Below the pieces are notes generated by a model. That model was not told the origin of the DNA and searched no databases. It saw only the letters and a list, made by a program, of their open reading frames with translations. From Carcharhinus amblyrhynchos (lineage: Eukaryota): DNA of 64,000 bases. The stretch is from assembly GCA_965287045.1 (NCBI GenBank), contig OZ336895.1, positions 22,940,001 through 23,004,000 on the forward strand. Direction: 5' to 3'. The position numbers were made by a program, and so were the translations under genes. Each line of letters opens with the position of its first letter. Within the stretch, counting starts at the first letter, position 1. Of this stretch, positions 13,940 to 28,085 are shown piece by piece.

Positions 13940-14111
13940 GGGTTAATTTTCTCTCCTGATGGGTGTGGAAATTTTGTGGCAGTGGACCAACTGCTTGTTA
14001 TACACCCTGTTCAATCTGTCTTTCAATTTTAGTCAATGAGTAGGACATGTAATGAGTGCATGATCTGCAACCACCAGATTACCACTCATGCTGAAAGTGA
14101 AAATGACCCCC
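13940..14111. mobile_element. Old MITE
   Basis: TIRs GGGGTTAATTTTC...GAAAATGACCCC around a partly self-complementary interior. Confidence 0.55.
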
Positions 14112-16129
14112 AAATGTCTAGACAGAATTGCTTAGATCACTCAAAGGCAAAAATGTCCTTACGGATAAGACTATTATGTTGCTTCAAAAGTCTTCTGTCC
14201 TGACTAAATTTACATATAAAGGAGATATAGCAAAAAAACACAGGGTTTAATTCAAAATGTAGCCTTGCCTGTGTCACCTTATTTGCTGCTGTGCTCTTGT
14301 CAGTTAAAGTTATTGTAATGGTTGTGATAAGTCCTTTGTTAACCATGTTATCTTTGGCTGTGTAGAGTTTGGAAAATAATTTCAGAGGTACGTATTAACA
14401 TCCATTTCTTTCTCCCTGCTAAGCAAAGAATTAAATGGTTTCCAACCAAAATTACATTCTATTTAGGGTAACAGAAAATGTGACGTTTTTAACATGCATT
14501 ATTCATAGTTGTATCTCGCAGAATTAAAATTAACCCAATGTTTGCACTCTGAATGACGAGAAGGTGACCTGAAGCTTTACCGATCAGTTCTGTTTTTTTG
14601 TTGACGATAGGTGACAGAGAAACAAATAGTAAAATACCAGTCTCACCTCTATCACACACTCTTTCTTCTTCTTATTCTTCAGTCTATTTGTATTTTCTCT
14701 TACGATCCCTACAGCTTAGATTTTCAACTTATTAACAATGTCTGCCAATGTATCACAAATTGAACAGGAACATTCCTTGAGGTTTGAATAACTTTTTTCC
14801 AATTGTGCACATTGCACATCTGTTGCCAGTTTCACATACATAGGGCTTTCCCTCAGAAAACGGAGGATAATTTTCTTTTTCTTTTGGTATTTTAACTTCT
14901 GTTTGATGAATGATTGGGTGGCCCTGCCAGCCAGATTTAAGGTCTGTTAGTCCCAAGCAATATTCCTCCTCCAGATTCTGCAGTCAGCAAACCTCCTTTC
15001 TGCCTTGCTGGTCACAGCAAACCAATTCAGAAGATTGATTACCTTAATACCGCTGTGGTTTTGACTTTGAACCATGACCTTTCCATATAATCCAAGGTTA
15101 GGAGCTACCAACCACGACAAGCATGAGGGAACAGCAATACTCATCAAAGGAACATAATGATCATTAATTAACACAGACCCATATTTTTCCACAGAAAGGG
15201 CTTTCTAACTAGGACGCAAGTAGCAGGGAAATGTCATAGGGACCTTCAGCATATTTATTAATTGATGCTAAAGGCCTTCCACAGTTTTCAACATTGTTCA
15301 CACTCTCTCTGTTGCATTTCACAGTGCATTGTGCTGGAATCCCTTTCAGCAATCACACAGCTCAGCATGCTTGGCTTTCTTAGCTATTCTTTTATTAGAA
15401 TTGCAGAGATAATTTTCTTTCAGACATCACAGACAGGGAACAGTGATCCTATTGTCTGAAACTGTGTCCACATAGAGCTTATGCTATTAACCCTTACCAC
15501 TCATAGAAAGACATGATCCTAAACAAGTGCTTTATCATGATGCTTCCATGTTCAAGCTTGAACACCACTCACAACCCAACAGCACTCTGTATCCACCTTA
15601 TATTTAGTCTACATGTCATCTGCAATACTTGTATTTTTGAGTGTAAGGATAAGTGAGGAATTTGCAATCACTCATGGGAGTGTGCAAGCAATTCTGTGAT
15701 GTTAGGACAACAGAATGTGTTTAGTAACAGCCATTTATATTCTCAAAAAAACTATATAAACATATTCTTTTCGTTGACAACAGCAATTTACAAAAATTTG
15801 ATTTGTGATAACTGGTCTATAAACCCCACCTTGAGAGCATGATACCAGAAACATTTACTCTGGAACAACTTATCAATGTATGTTTTGACATTGAGATATT
15901 AAGTTGAGTAAAATGTGTCATTATTGGAAAAATATGCTACTTCTCATACTTATTGCCATTCACCCTTAGTGCTCAAACAGTAAAGAGCGAAGCCTCAGGT
16001 TAATGGTGCACATTATCTTGCTTGCATGGCTGAGTTCTAGATCAAGACAATGCAAACTTAGATCAAAGGTTTGATATCATAGTGGTTATTATATTGCTGC
16101 ATAATCTTTTGAATCTGGAACCCAAATAT

Positions 16130-17400
16130 TTGCAGGGATGGATTTAGTCAAAGTGGCACCAGAGCCCCAATTGCCCCTGAACCCAGCATCCACCATAAAA
16201 TGGGAAGAGAAAGGGGCAGGTTGTACTTTATCTATTCATGGTTCATGGAGGCAGCTACATTTGGAAAAGTGCAGCCTCCTTCAGACAGATGCAATTTTCA
16301 TTAGTGGATTGCAGAAACATAATTTCTTGGCTTTAAACATTTGAGTAAAAGATCTAAAGCTGCTGGAGTCATTGGGAGATGTAGGGTATTTTGAAGAGGT
16401 AATGTATCCTTTTGGATGAATCCAGGGATCGCTTTGGAAGAAGCAAGCTGCCCTTTGTGAGAGGTGAGTTGCCCTTTGGAGTTGTTAAAAATGGACATGA
16501 ATGAGTAAAGGAATAAAAAGAAACTCATTGAAATTGTCAAGTGACAGGCCAATTAAATGCCCTGCCCTTTAAATTAAAAGAAAAGACTGTGACTATTTAC
16601 AATTTCAATAGCTGTCTGTTGACATTAGCCAGAGGTCATCAATACAGAATGAGTGCCACTAGACTGATTACAGAACCTTTCACTCTAACACTGGGGAGGT
16701 GGAACATTTGTAGTTTGATTGACAACTCCAAGTGGCTATGAAGTCTCAGGTCTAGGGCTCTGAATACAAACAGTTATTTTAAGTAGGGATTAAGTATGTT
16801 AGTGTATTTAATGTCATTTTTTAAAATCAGTGACATTGTTTTATTTAAAATGGTGGTCATCAATAGACACATTATTTTAATTTCTTTAATCTAAGCATGG
16901 CTCCTGAGGTCTACCCTTGGTAGATATGGGTAAATTGGCATGGAAGGTGTAATGACAAAAGGTGGCCATGGTGGTGTCTAATGTGACATAGTTGGCATTG
17001 GTGGGCCATAGAGAATGCGGGGAGGTGAGGTGAGAAGGTAAGATCTGGACAGGCTGTTTATTTTAGTTTGTTTTATAGCTGGGACAAAATCCTAGATCAC
17101 CATGTCAGGCCCCTCACAAAATCTGCCTCTGAACCCAATAAGACCAACAGCAACAACCTCTCCTACTCTGTGTTCCCAACACAGCATGCAAAGTTCAACC
17201 TTGGTTTGTGTTCTACTGCAGGGAAACCTGTTCTCAAGTTCGTAGATCTGACAAAAATTGAACAACCATGTGTTCGGGGAAATATTCCGAGGAAGAAACT
17301 GTCACAGGCAGTCAGAGCACAGGAGGGTCAGGCGATCTATTACAATCATAATGTCAAACTAATCCTGTCATGAACATTTTACAAAGTCTATGCTATTACT
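16130..17400. mobile_element. Old non-coding interspersed repeat (inverted relative of ~57500-59320)
   Basis: Shared blocks in opposite orientation: CCTGCCCTTTAAATT vs AATTTAAAGGACAGG, AGGGATTAAG vs CTTAATCCCT, TGCCCTTTG units, and a GGCAT-rich tract. Confidence 0.5.
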
Positions 17401-18591
17401 CATCTGTCTACCTCAACTAGACTTCAAGGAAGTAAGTTCCTTTGAAGCAACTAAAAAGGGGATATACCAGGACTGACAGCAAAGGCTGAAGCAAAACAGG
17501 TCCACCAAGACTTCCTCCCCTTTTCCAAAGCTGGACAGATCTTTGCATTCTAAAAGCTCCTATCTTGATGTTATTCATGGTTTTTGTTAACCCAGGGCTC
17601 CAAGGCCCAGAGCTCTTGATTTTCTCATCTGGGTGGCCCTTAAAATTAAGTCCCTAATCCAGACATACATTCATTTTGAAAAGGCCAATGTCTTGTTTAT
17701 CAACAGTCTGGATTCCTGCAAGATTTAACTAGCTTCCTTTAAATGATGGTAAGCTCTATGAGATAGTGAATGAAATGTTTGAAACTCTTCTACATTTTTA
17801 GCCAGAACAAACTTTGTTTCTACCATCACTGGTAATAATTCAATCCATTTTCTTGCGATAATGGCAGTGTAGTTATCATATTGAACACACTTGTACACTG
17901 TGGTGAGAGCAGTTCAAACTAGCATTAAAAGCTATGCTCATAAAACGTTTCTTCAAGTCAAACACAATAAAACATTCTTGAAAGAGTTCAATGGTGCAGG
18001 GGATATGTGAAAGAGCTTATTTGGGTTATTTAATCATTCCTTCTAAATTAATACTTTCCTGCAAAATAACTGATTCACTGTTTACCATGCCATCAAATAA
18101 ATAATGTACAACTCCACTGGACTGTACCCAGGTCAGACTTGCTAATGGGCAGATATAAAGTAAAACAGCACTGTAGTATATTACTCTCAGAGGGGTAAGA
18201 GCCACCAAGTAACAGCAAGAGTGGAAACTATTCCAACTAAGTCATCATGCATGTTTGGAGAAAAATAAAAGAGGAAAATAATTCACAAAAGTAGGATAAT
18301 AATTGTGACTATATCTCAAGTTTTATACATGTAAACACAGGAAGAAAGTGAGTATATTGGAAACAGTAATGAGTAGGGAACAAATTGACTTTATGGCTGA
18401 AGTGATGCATGGGAGTTTAGTAGCAGCAGTATATTTTGTGAGAGTCACAAACTTGACTTAGAAGAAAGGTGAGTAAAGATTAAACTTGCAGTGATGATGA
18501 GTACTTCAGGAAGGAAAAACAGGGGACAGGAGCAATGCTTTGTCAAGGAATGGAATGTGCATTTGCTCCAAAGAATATTGGAAATGATGCC

Positions 18592-19231
18592 GGGGACAGG
18601 ATTTTCCTTGCAAGCTTCTGAGCCCAACCATCAAGTTGAAACATGGGGCAGAAACCCACTCGTGGAAACTGTCACGTTGTGATTTTCCCTTGGGGCAGCC
18701 AATTAATGATCAGTAGGTGAGCTTGCCATTTAATTAAGGATGGTGGGCTGGCTCTTGAAGTTGGAGAATAAAACAGAGGCCTTGCAGCTTGAAAGACACA
18801 ACAGGCTGTAATGGAGGGTAAGCAAAAGAGAGGGTACTTCAAAATGGAAGAACACTCTTCGTGAGTTAAAAAATAGGTCTTGCAGTTGGCACACCACTTT
18901 GGGAGGGAAATCCCTCTACAGGATGGCCAGCAGCTGCTGCAGCACCCAGGCCCATATCAAGGTCTAGACCTACCTGGAGAACTGCACTGCCATCAACCCC
19001 ACCTCTCCTCTCACCAACTCCTCAGGTCTACCGCAAAGAGACAACCTTTAAGCACCAAAACTAGCATCTGCCACCGTTCCTAAGTAGTTTTGAACTAGCC
19101 GTATTGTGCACCCATCCCCCACCTTCGTTGTGGGATGGAACCAGAAAACAGGCATGCTAGCCTGTAGGGTTACTTTTACCTGCCACCTGCTGTAGCCCCG
19201 GACTCCATCAGGGCCTAAAAATCAAACCCTT
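18592..19231. mobile_element. Degenerate MITE-like DNA element
   Basis: GGGGACAGGATTTTC...AAAATCAAACCC ends; internal CCAATTAA/TTAATTAAG motif also seen in the elements at ~31330 and ~48050. Confidence 0.4.
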
Positions 19232-19308
19232 GGTCTCTTTGGTCGGAAAACATATGTCAGGAAGGAGGAATGGTCAAATATAGGAGAACAGATAAACATA
19301 CTGCTCTA

Positions 19309-19610
19309 GGACAGCATGGTAGTACTGTGGGTAGCATTGCTGCCTCACAGTGCCAGAGAACCGGGTTCAATTCCGGCCTTGATTGCCTACCTAACTGGAG
19401 TTTGCACACTATCCCCATGTCTGTGTGAGTTTCCTCCAGGTGCTTTGGTTTCCTCCCACAGTCCAAAAATGTGCAGGTTAAGTAACCCTGAGTGTCAGAG
19501 GGATTAGCGGGATAAATACATAGGGTTATGGGGAGAGGGCCTGGGTGGGATTGTTGTCAGTGCAGACTTGATGGGCTGAATGGCCTTCTCCTGCACTGTC
19601 AGGATCCTAT
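19309..19610 (+). mobile_element. HE1-type V-SINE, CR1-type tail
   Basis: Head AGCATTGCTGCCTCACAGTGCCAG...GGTTCAATTCC, V core, tail GGCCTTCTCCTGCACTGT. Confidence 0.9.
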
Positions 19611-19638
19611 GTAGCTGGTGATGAAATCTATGAATATC

Positions 19639-19778
19639 AGGGCCAGAATTTTCTGACCTTGCGTGCAGGTGGGATTCTCCTGTCCCACTACAGTGAATGG
19701 AGTTTTGGCTGAGTATCAAATTCTCCATTCTTACTGGCAGTTGTAGTGGGGCGAATGAGACTGGAGAACCCCAGCCCA
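19639..19778. mobile_element. MITE
   Basis: GGGCCAGAATTTTCTG...GGAGAACCCCAGCCC ends; internal CCCACTACA/TGTAGTGGG inverted match. Confidence 0.55.
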
Positions 19779-20116
19779 GAGGTCCTTTGCTGTAAGCAGG
19801 AAGGATTTCAGTCTTCCCAAAACTGATTGTTATATACTATAGGGACAATAAGAATAATGAAAATGCATTGCAATTATAGTGGATCGGGTATTCATTAATG
19901 AGGAATGCTGAATAAGTTGAGTGACAGTAAGGAAACATCTGGGACTTGGTGACTATGGTGTTGTTATTTTCATAGTAGTTGTAAGGTTGGAACATAAAAG
20001 GAAGCCCATTAGTAAGTTACATTTTGGACAAATAAAAATTGAGGCCATGAGAGAATTACTAAAAATATTCCAGCCAGAGAAAATATTCAGAGGAAGAATC
20101 AATTGGGGAGGGGGGG

Positions 20117-20389
20117 AATAAGTTTAAGGAGCGAGGGGCAAGGTTTAAAGGAAATGTATGAGGCAATTTTTTTTTTTACACAGAGAGTGGTGGGTGCCTG
20201 AAACTCACTGCTGGGACAGGTAGTGGAAGCAGATACGATAGTGACTTTTAAGGGGCGTCTTGACAAATACATAAATAGGATGGGAATAGAGGGAGGGCAG
20301 GGGATTTTAGCTCACATGGGCAGCAGGGTTGGTGCAGGCTTAGAGGGCCAAAAAGCCCGTTCCTGTGCTGTCATTTTCTTTGTTCTTTG
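20117..20389 (+). mobile_element. CR1/HER1 3' fragment inserted in an older CR1 remnant (~19860-20760)
   Basis: FTQRVVGA-NSL-type ORF2 C-terminus; 3'UTR ...CCTGTGCTGT...TTCTTTGTTCTTTG terminal repeat. Confidence 0.8.
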
Positions 20390-21059
20390 AAAGGATGCAG
20401 CGGAAAATGCAAAATTTGGCTAGATATTTTGTGAGATGGAAAAGCAGCTTCTGCTTCAAATAGGGAGATTTGAAGCAAGGTGGGTAACGAAGGAAGTTAT
20501 GGGATACCGAAAAAGAGAAAAGGGAACACATTTGAAATGATTTTGAAAGTGAGATCCACAACAATAGGCTGAGGAATGATAAAAGGTACCAGAAGAGAGC
20601 ACCAGCGAAACAATTATAAATGTATAGAACTTGAAACATATCAGAAACAAACAAAGCCCACAGTGACAATGGGGAGGTGGTGACTGACAATAGGAAAATT
20701 ACTGAAATACCAGACAAATTCTTTGCAACAATGTTAACAAAGGAAATCAGTGAAAGAATGCCAGATACGTTATAATGTTGAAAATGTCAAATACAACTTG
20801 CCTTTTACACCTTCAAAAACGTTTAAAACCACAAGGGTGATTACACATGGGGGAAGTCGTAGAATTTCGGATGGATAAGACCATGAGCTGTGACAACTGT
20901 CGTCCAATCACCCTGAAGTCGCTGGCTGAGGTATTTCCGAATCCCTTCACTACCATGCATAACAACTTGCTGCACCAGTGAGACATCACCTCCCACTCAC
21001 TGCCAGTCTGAGAAACTGCTACCCTTTTTATATTCTGTTTCAATCCACTCTATTCCCTG

Positions 21060-21930
21060 TACCTTAATTCTGTATTCCCCATCATTTTCCATGTGTCTCT
21101 GATCAAAGGACTTCTGGAAGTTCCAGCATTGGTCTTATCTACTCTTTGTCAATTCTTCTACGAAATCAATAAGGTTGGTTCAACATGTCCTTCCTTTTCT
21201 GTTTCTAGATATTTCATTAGCTGATCATTTAGCGAAAATTCTAACATCTTTCCTGCCTCGAGTTATCTGGTCTGTAGTTTTCTGGGTTATTTTTACTTCC
21301 CTTTTTTGAAAATAAGAATTAAATTCGCTGTTAACCAGTTCACGCTTGGAGCGCAGAGAGATGCCAAGAGAGAATGCCAACTCAGCATACTGGCAAACAT
21401 AAAGAAGAATAGCAAAGCCCTTTTCCATAGGTCAGTCGAAAGCAAAGTCTGCAGTGGCGCATCTGGACACAATTGCAATGGACTGGTGATGACTCAAGGG
21501 CAGGAAAATTGCCAAAATACCGAATGAATTTTTTCCGTCACAAATGAAATAGGTGAAAAAGTGTTAGATGCAATGAAAGATACATACAGGGGAAGTCATG
21601 GGGTTTGACAATCACCATCCAGAAGGTGCTATGGAAGTTGATCAGGAATGTGTTCATCTTCATTGTATTGCTTCAAATCGCAGGGATCAGAAAGTGCTGC
21701 ATGTGACTCCTGATTTAAAAGGACGAATGGTGAAATCACAGACTTGGAAGCTTTCCCGCAACTATGAGGAAATTGTTTGAAACTATAATGAGGAATAGAA
21801 ATAGGGGTCATCTTGACTTACAGCGATTAATTAAAAAAAGATAGCCAATGGGGTTTCAGTGGCACCAGATCATGCTTAGCCAGTTCACTGGATTCCTCTG
21901 AAACCATGATTTGTGTCCTTCATCTACAAT
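21060..21930. mobile_element. Fragmented old CR1 RT pieces (minus ~21060-21320, plus ~21330-21930)
   Basis: LIFKKG...DP.NY remnant on the minus strand; LANIKKNSKALF, D--HP and HG-type remnants on the plus strand. Confidence 0.5.
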
Positions 21931-22510
21931 GTGAGAATCATGGGTCATCATGTATAAAAATACCGGGATTGAATATCTGCAGTGTTCTTTCATTTGTCCA
22001 CTGTAGCCTTGGTGGGAGATTTGCAGGTACCAGAGAGAAGCAGTATAAACATGAATATCCCACCAAAGTTACAGTAGATAATTAGGAGAACACCCACAAA
22101 AATTCAACCCCACGGTATTGTGGTAAGTAGGATGGATCCATTGAAGGACATAACTGTAATTTCTCCAGCAATAAAAGAAAATTTCATTTCTATTGAAAAG
22201 AATTACAATTACTTATACTACAGCACAATGATTACAATGTGTGGTTCTTTTGTTTGAATTAAGTATTGGAATAGTGCCATTAAGCATTAATTTGTAGCCT
22301 TGGACTTAAAGCTAAAATGTTTGTTTCAAGGTCCTGGGTGCGAGGTTCAAACCAAATTTTTCTTCTTCCTTCGTTCTTTTTCTATCCCTGATTGCTTGGT
22401 TCTACTTGCTGTATTGGTGTTCTCAAGTTCCTCCGATGCAACAACACACTGGCATTCCCTCAAATCCCAGCATCAACAGTTCCACATTCTCCACCACCCC
22501 CAGCCCCCAA

Positions 22511-22838
22511 TCATAGAATCATAGAAACTCTACAGTGCACAAGGAGGACATTTGTCCCATCAAGTCTGCACTAACAAAATCCCACGCAGGCCCTCTCCCT
22601 GTAACCCCTCGTATTTACGCAACTAATCCCCCTGACATTAAGGAGCAATTTAGCATGGCCAATGCACCTAACCTGCACGTCTTTGGAGTGTGGGAGGAAA
22701 CCGGAATACTCAAAGGAAACCCATGCTGACATAGAGAGAACAAGCAAATGCCACACAGTCATCTAACACCAGATTTAAACCTGAGTTCCTGGTGCTGTGA
22801 GGCTGCAATGTTAACCACTCTGTCATGATGCATCCCTG
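22511..22838 (-). mobile_element. HE1-type V-SINE, CR1-type tail
   Basis: Reverse complement of head, V core and TTCTATGATTCTATGA tail. Confidence 0.88.
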
Positions 22839-23534
22839 GTCAATTATACTCAACTCCCACTAACCCTAATTTTGACCATAATTTCAGACCCTCTATCTTA
22901 AATGCCCTGAACATGAAGCTGCACAACTTACATATGAAACTAATGCTGAAAGAGTAAAGGGTAGTTTCCTAGAAATGTTTTGCACTTCACTTGTGCACTG
23001 CTGTGTGTCCTACCACTTTCTTATTCGAAAGATGCTTTCGTCAACCTATGTGATCTAGTTTGAACAGTTTGATTACCAGTACTATTACTAGCTCAATGAG
23101 GCACAGATGAATCATCCAACAGAGGAGCTTCAGAAGGGAGCTGACAATGTTATGTGTTTAGTTTCATCCTCTTTTTTTAAAAGATGCAAAACATGCCAGT
23201 AATGTAAGTATTTACCTGTTTTGCAATTAAACTAACAGAGGTAGAGAATGCACAATGGAAAACAAGAGTTGTCATCATCTCTTTCACAGAGAAAGATAAA
23301 TATATTAACAGAGTTTTTTTTAGTAAATTACACTACACAGTCATGTTTAATTGGAAGTAGCTAAATGACTAATTATATAGTTTTCATAATACTTCATAAA
23401 ATAATCATGCAGAAATAAAGTTTGACCAAAACAGTTCTGAACTGACTGCACTTCCGAAGAAGTGAGAGAAGGAGGTGTATATGAGAGAGAAGCTCGGTTC
23501 AGTGAACAAACAGTCCCAACTACATCAAAATCGG

Positions 23535-24400
23535 GATGCTGACTAACGATTGTGCCGTGTTCAGTACCATTTGTAACTCTTCAGGTACTGAAGCAGTCTG
23601 TGCTCGCAGGTAGCTAGATCTGGACTACCTTCAAGCTTGGGTTGATAAGTGACAAGTAACATTCGTGCAACACATGCCAGGCAATGACCATCACCAATGC
23701 AGGAGAATCTAACAATCCCCCCTTGGCATTATTATTGAAAATGCCCCCAGTATCAAGGTGCTGAGGGTTACCGTTGATCAGAAACTTAACTGGAGCAGCT
23801 ATGTAATTATTGTGGTGACAAGAGCACATTAAAGGGTGGGATTCTGCAGTGAGTAACTCGTCTCCTGACTCCCAAAAGCCTGTGCACCATCTACAAGGTT
23901 AAACACAGGGCTGAGGAATATTTTCCATTTGCCTGGATGAGTGCATCTCCAACAACACTCAAGAAACTCAACACCATTCAGGACAAAGCAGCCCACTTTA
24001 CCTCTACAGCATTCATCACTTTAAACAGTCACTCCCTCCACCACTAGCACCGAGTGGCAGCAGAATGGACCATGCACTGCAGCAACTCACCAATGTTCCT
24101 TTGACGGCCTCCAAACCCTCCAAATCTTATGACTTCTACCAGGCAAGCAAACGCATGGGAACACTACAACCTGCAAGTTCCTCTCCAAGGCATTCACCAT
24201 CCTGACTTGGAATTGCATCGCTGGGGCTTCATTGTCACTGAAACAAAACCTAGAACTTCTTTCCAGGCAGCATTATATCAGATGAACTGTAATATTTCAA
24301 GAAGACTACTCACCATCATTTTCTCACGAGCAGTTAGAGATGGGCAAATAATGCTGATTTTGCCAGAAATACTCAGATCTCAGGAATGCATAAAAATAAA
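23535..24400 (+). mobile_element. CR1-clade LINE 3' fragment
   Basis: Collinear with 7740-8966 (D-KLNW, TIYK, KKLNTIQDKAA; 3'UTR GGGAACACTACAACCTGCAAGTTCC; A-rich end). Confidence 0.8.
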
Positions 24401-24644
24401 TGATTAGAGCATGCTGTAGGGGGCTTTTTGGAGATAAAATAGTAAAATTCATCAGCATCGTGTATCATTCTAGTGTACTTATACGTTATGTCACTAAGCT
24501 GTACAAAACACATCAACATATATCAGAGTGTCAGACCTTTGTTGACCAGCCAAGTACATGTGCCAGGCGAACACAAAGTACTTCTCAGCAATTATGGAGA
24601 GAAATTCAGAATACAAGTCATCTTAGATCAGTCCTATATATCTT

Positions 24645-25112
24645 AACTTTTTTCTTTGTAGGGATGTAAGCACCATTGGCCAGGCCACATTTATTCCCCA
24701 CCCCGGAATGCCATTAAAAAGGTTACAGTGAGGTCCCCTCTTAAACCACTTAAATCCATTTGGGGTAGGTGCACGCACAGTGCTGTTAGGTGGGAAGTTC
24801 CAGGTTTTTGAGAACTGAGTGAAGGAATCGCGATATAGTTCCAAATCAGGATGTGGGTTAAGGAGAACTTGCAGGTGGTGGTGTTTCCATGTGCCTGCTG
24901 CCATGTACTTCCAGGTGGTAGAAGTTATGGGTTTAAAACATGCTGCTGAAGGAGCTTTGGAGAGTTGCTGCACTGCGCCTTGTAGATGCAACACATTGCA
25001 GCCACTGTGTGTTTGTGGTGACAGCAGTGAATGTTTAAGGTAATTGGTGGGGTGCCAATCAAGTGGGCTGCTCTGTCCTGGATGGTGTCGAGTTTCTTGA
25101 GTATTGTTGGAG
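24645..25112 (-). mobile_element. CR1-clade LINE 3' fragment (antiparallel to the preceding copy)
   Basis: Minus ORF reads LKKLDTIQDRAAHLIG...VAAMCCIYK; T-run at 24646-24656 is the poly-A tail. Confidence 0.85.
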
Positions 25113-25209
25113 CAATGGCCAAAGTGAAATCCATGCTACGCACCTCCAAATATGCTTTTTCCTGCTTTGCTTGTGTCAATTAAGCATTTTAAGCAGCATA
25201 TGAATTCTG

Positions 25210-25420
25210 TGGAGGATCTAGTTTGCTCAGTTGGCTCGACAGCACGTATGCAGATCTGATTAACACCAACAGCACAGGAATTGGTCCCCATTTCAACTGA
25301 GGCAGACCTGGGGCCTGCCTCCTCACCCTACCCATGGTTAAAAATAGATTCACAGCACTTAGCTGTGGTTAGGTGAATAATCTCTAAAGACTTGTCTTCG
25401 GGCACAGAACTCAAGAAGAT
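25210..25420 (+). mobile_element. Old tRNA-derived SINE (unclassified)
   Basis: A-box-like TGCTCAGTTGG with a degenerate tRNA-like head; ends AAGAAGA. Confidence 0.35.
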
Positions 25421-26695
25421 GTATTTGTTACTTTATTTCCAAAATTATCACTTGGAATTGAAAGTAATATCTTTGACCAGTTTGCGTACTTCGCAAATGT
25501 ATTTTTCAAATTAGGCAAATTACCTATTTCCAGAAATGTTTTAGTATTTTTCTGATAATTGGCTTGTCAATTTTGAGTCAACTGTATACATTTCAGAGTT
25601 CCCCCGGTGACCTACCCTCAAAGTACCACTAAAGGTCAGAGAATTGAACATCCCAGTTTTACAGTTCCTGTTACAGTGCAGCATACCAAGCATTGGAAAC
25701 GTCAACCAAGGCTCTTGCTGCTGGCCGCTATCCATCAACTTTTTCCAGAAAGTGTTCACCTGTGAGTGCCTGTGCTTCAGGCAAGTTAATTGGTTTCAGC
25801 TGTGAGTCCCTAAGCAGCTGAACAGTTCACAAATACCCACATACAAAGAACTCAAAACAAACTGCATTTTGTGCAATCAGGTATCAATATAATATGATAC
25901 TGTAACCCAACAACTCAGCAACATACTATTATCACCCTGCTCTAAGTATAATTCTACTATTAAAATTAGTTATATTTTCCAGAGTAAAAGAAGTGATATC
26001 ATACTCTATATTTATGAATCAAATGAAAACTATTTTGAATCCCAACCGGAAGCTTCATTGACTTGGTTAAGGAGGCAATACCTCAAAGTAGACAGTAATG
26101 TACCACAATTCTTCCAAAACATCCTTTATGAAATTCTGCACAGAAGACTTAATGGACAAAGCCGTGCAAATTCAAGGGAAGCCTGGAAATGAAAGCAGTT
26201 TTATGAAGAGTTTAGCAGCAAAGATACATATTAGGAAAATGATGTTGAAGTGGGGGAATCCCTATGTGGACTGCCCCAGGGACTGTGGTTGTTGATAGGA
26301 CTTCTATTATTACAACCTAAATTCAGAAGTTTAGTGAAAACTGGTCAAATTCACAGATATACTAAACTGATTAGGGGGAAAGTACACTATTAAACTCAAA
26401 GGCTACAAGAACATATAATCCCATAAATCTAAATCATCTCAAATTCCTACCTAAACTCAGACAGACGAGCAATGGAATCACTATATCCATACAGTGGCTT
26501 GGGAAGGGATGCATTGGAGACACAATTCCCATTTTTGAATATTACCCAGTGATGATGCTGAAAAGATAGTCTGCAAAACATCAGATGAATATAGGATCAA
26601 GTTGAGCTTTGATGCTCCATGGAGAATTAGAGTTATCAGCAAACCTATTTAAAATGACCACTTAAAATATCAAGGATGCTGGGGGTTCACATTGA

Positions 26696-26999
26696 TCATA
26701 GAATCCCTACAGAGCAGAAGGAGGCCATTCAGCCCATCAAGCCTGCAACGACAACAATCCCACCTAGACCCTATCTCCATATTTACCACATATTTACCAT
26801 GCTAATCCCCTGACACTAAGAAGCAAGTTTGCACGGCCAATCAACCTAAGTCACACACTTTCGAGCTGTGGGAGGAAACCAGAGTACCCAGAGGAAACCC
26901 ACGCTGACACAGGGAGAACATGCAAACTCCGCACGGAATCAAACCCGGGTTCCTGGCACTGTGAGGAGCAGTGTTAACCACTGTGCCACCATGCTGCCC
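26696..26999 (-). mobile_element. HE1-type V-SINE, CR1-type tail
   Basis: rc: GGGCAGCATGGTGGCACAGTGGTTAACACTGCTCCTCACAGTGCCAGG...CCTTCTGCTCTGTAGGGATTCTATGA. Confidence 0.92.
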
Positions 27000-27937
27000 A
27001 TGTACTATTATTGGTGCCTTAGGAGGGAAGAGGAAAAGGGGGAAGCGGGATGAGGAATTGAGAAATCTGAAAACATATCCAGAGGTGCTGAGAAATAACA
27101 GTTTCATGATCATTTATTATGCTACTATTCGACTTAATTTGAACTTAAATTTATGAAAATTATTGAATGGGCAACCATGGAAAAGGACCAAACAGCGAAG
27201 TTAGAATATGAAATTTTACTGACCTCATAAACTTTGAGCAGTTTAATCGGTATTTTCCAAGTGTCCCAACTGGTTTACGGCTTTATCCAATATAAATGTT
27301 CATGCAATCCGTATCAAAAACAATGAATGGTACAGTGGCAGGAGCTAAAGGACATGAGGGTTAATGCTGATGTTGAACTAGAGAAGTACAGCATTACATG
27401 GTGGCTGATATGAGGCTGTTTTTTTTTAATGGAGCCATTTACTGGATTAATCCGTATTGCATTATGCAATTATACACTGTGTCCTGAGTGCTCTTTCAGA
27501 GAATTTTATATTTATTACCTTGTGGCCCAAGGCAAAGGGAATTTTCAAATTGAATACAGAAGAATGTCAGGTTAGAACGACTGACCCTCACATGGAGCTG
27601 AATTGCAACCTCAAAAATTAATCTTGAAAGGAGAAATGGATTGGCTGCTATATAACAGCTGGTTCAATCATTTTTATGGCGAAGGGTCTGTCTGCTAAAG
27701 TCAAGGTAGAACACAGAGGAAGCACACTATACATTACGTAATTCAGAATACCTTAAAATTGTTGCCATAGTGACAGCATTAGCTCAGTAATATCAAAGAT
27801 GATGTTGGTAATGCAAGTTAGATTCAAAACTGATTGAAAACTACTCTTCTAAAATGTGAAAGGCAGTCTTATTTGTCACATCATGTTTTAACTCTAAGCA
27901 GGTTGCTCTGTTTATATGTTCATTATTAAACATTTGG

Positions 27938-28085
27938 AAGTCTTGTGGCACAGTGCTGGTGCCCCTAGCTCTGGACCAGAAGCTTTGGGTTCAAGTCTAA
28001 TGCCAGGACTTGCTGGCCATGGAAGGAGCATTCATAACACGGTTCAAACTGGCTGATAATCAACTAGGGAATCCTTCTACCACTC
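27938..28085 (+). mobile_element. tRNA-derived SINE, second family (5' part)
   Basis: GTGGCACAGTG...CCAGAAGCTTTGGGTTCAAGTC...TGGCCATGGAAGGAGCATTCATAACACGG; matches 42115-42450. Confidence 0.7.
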
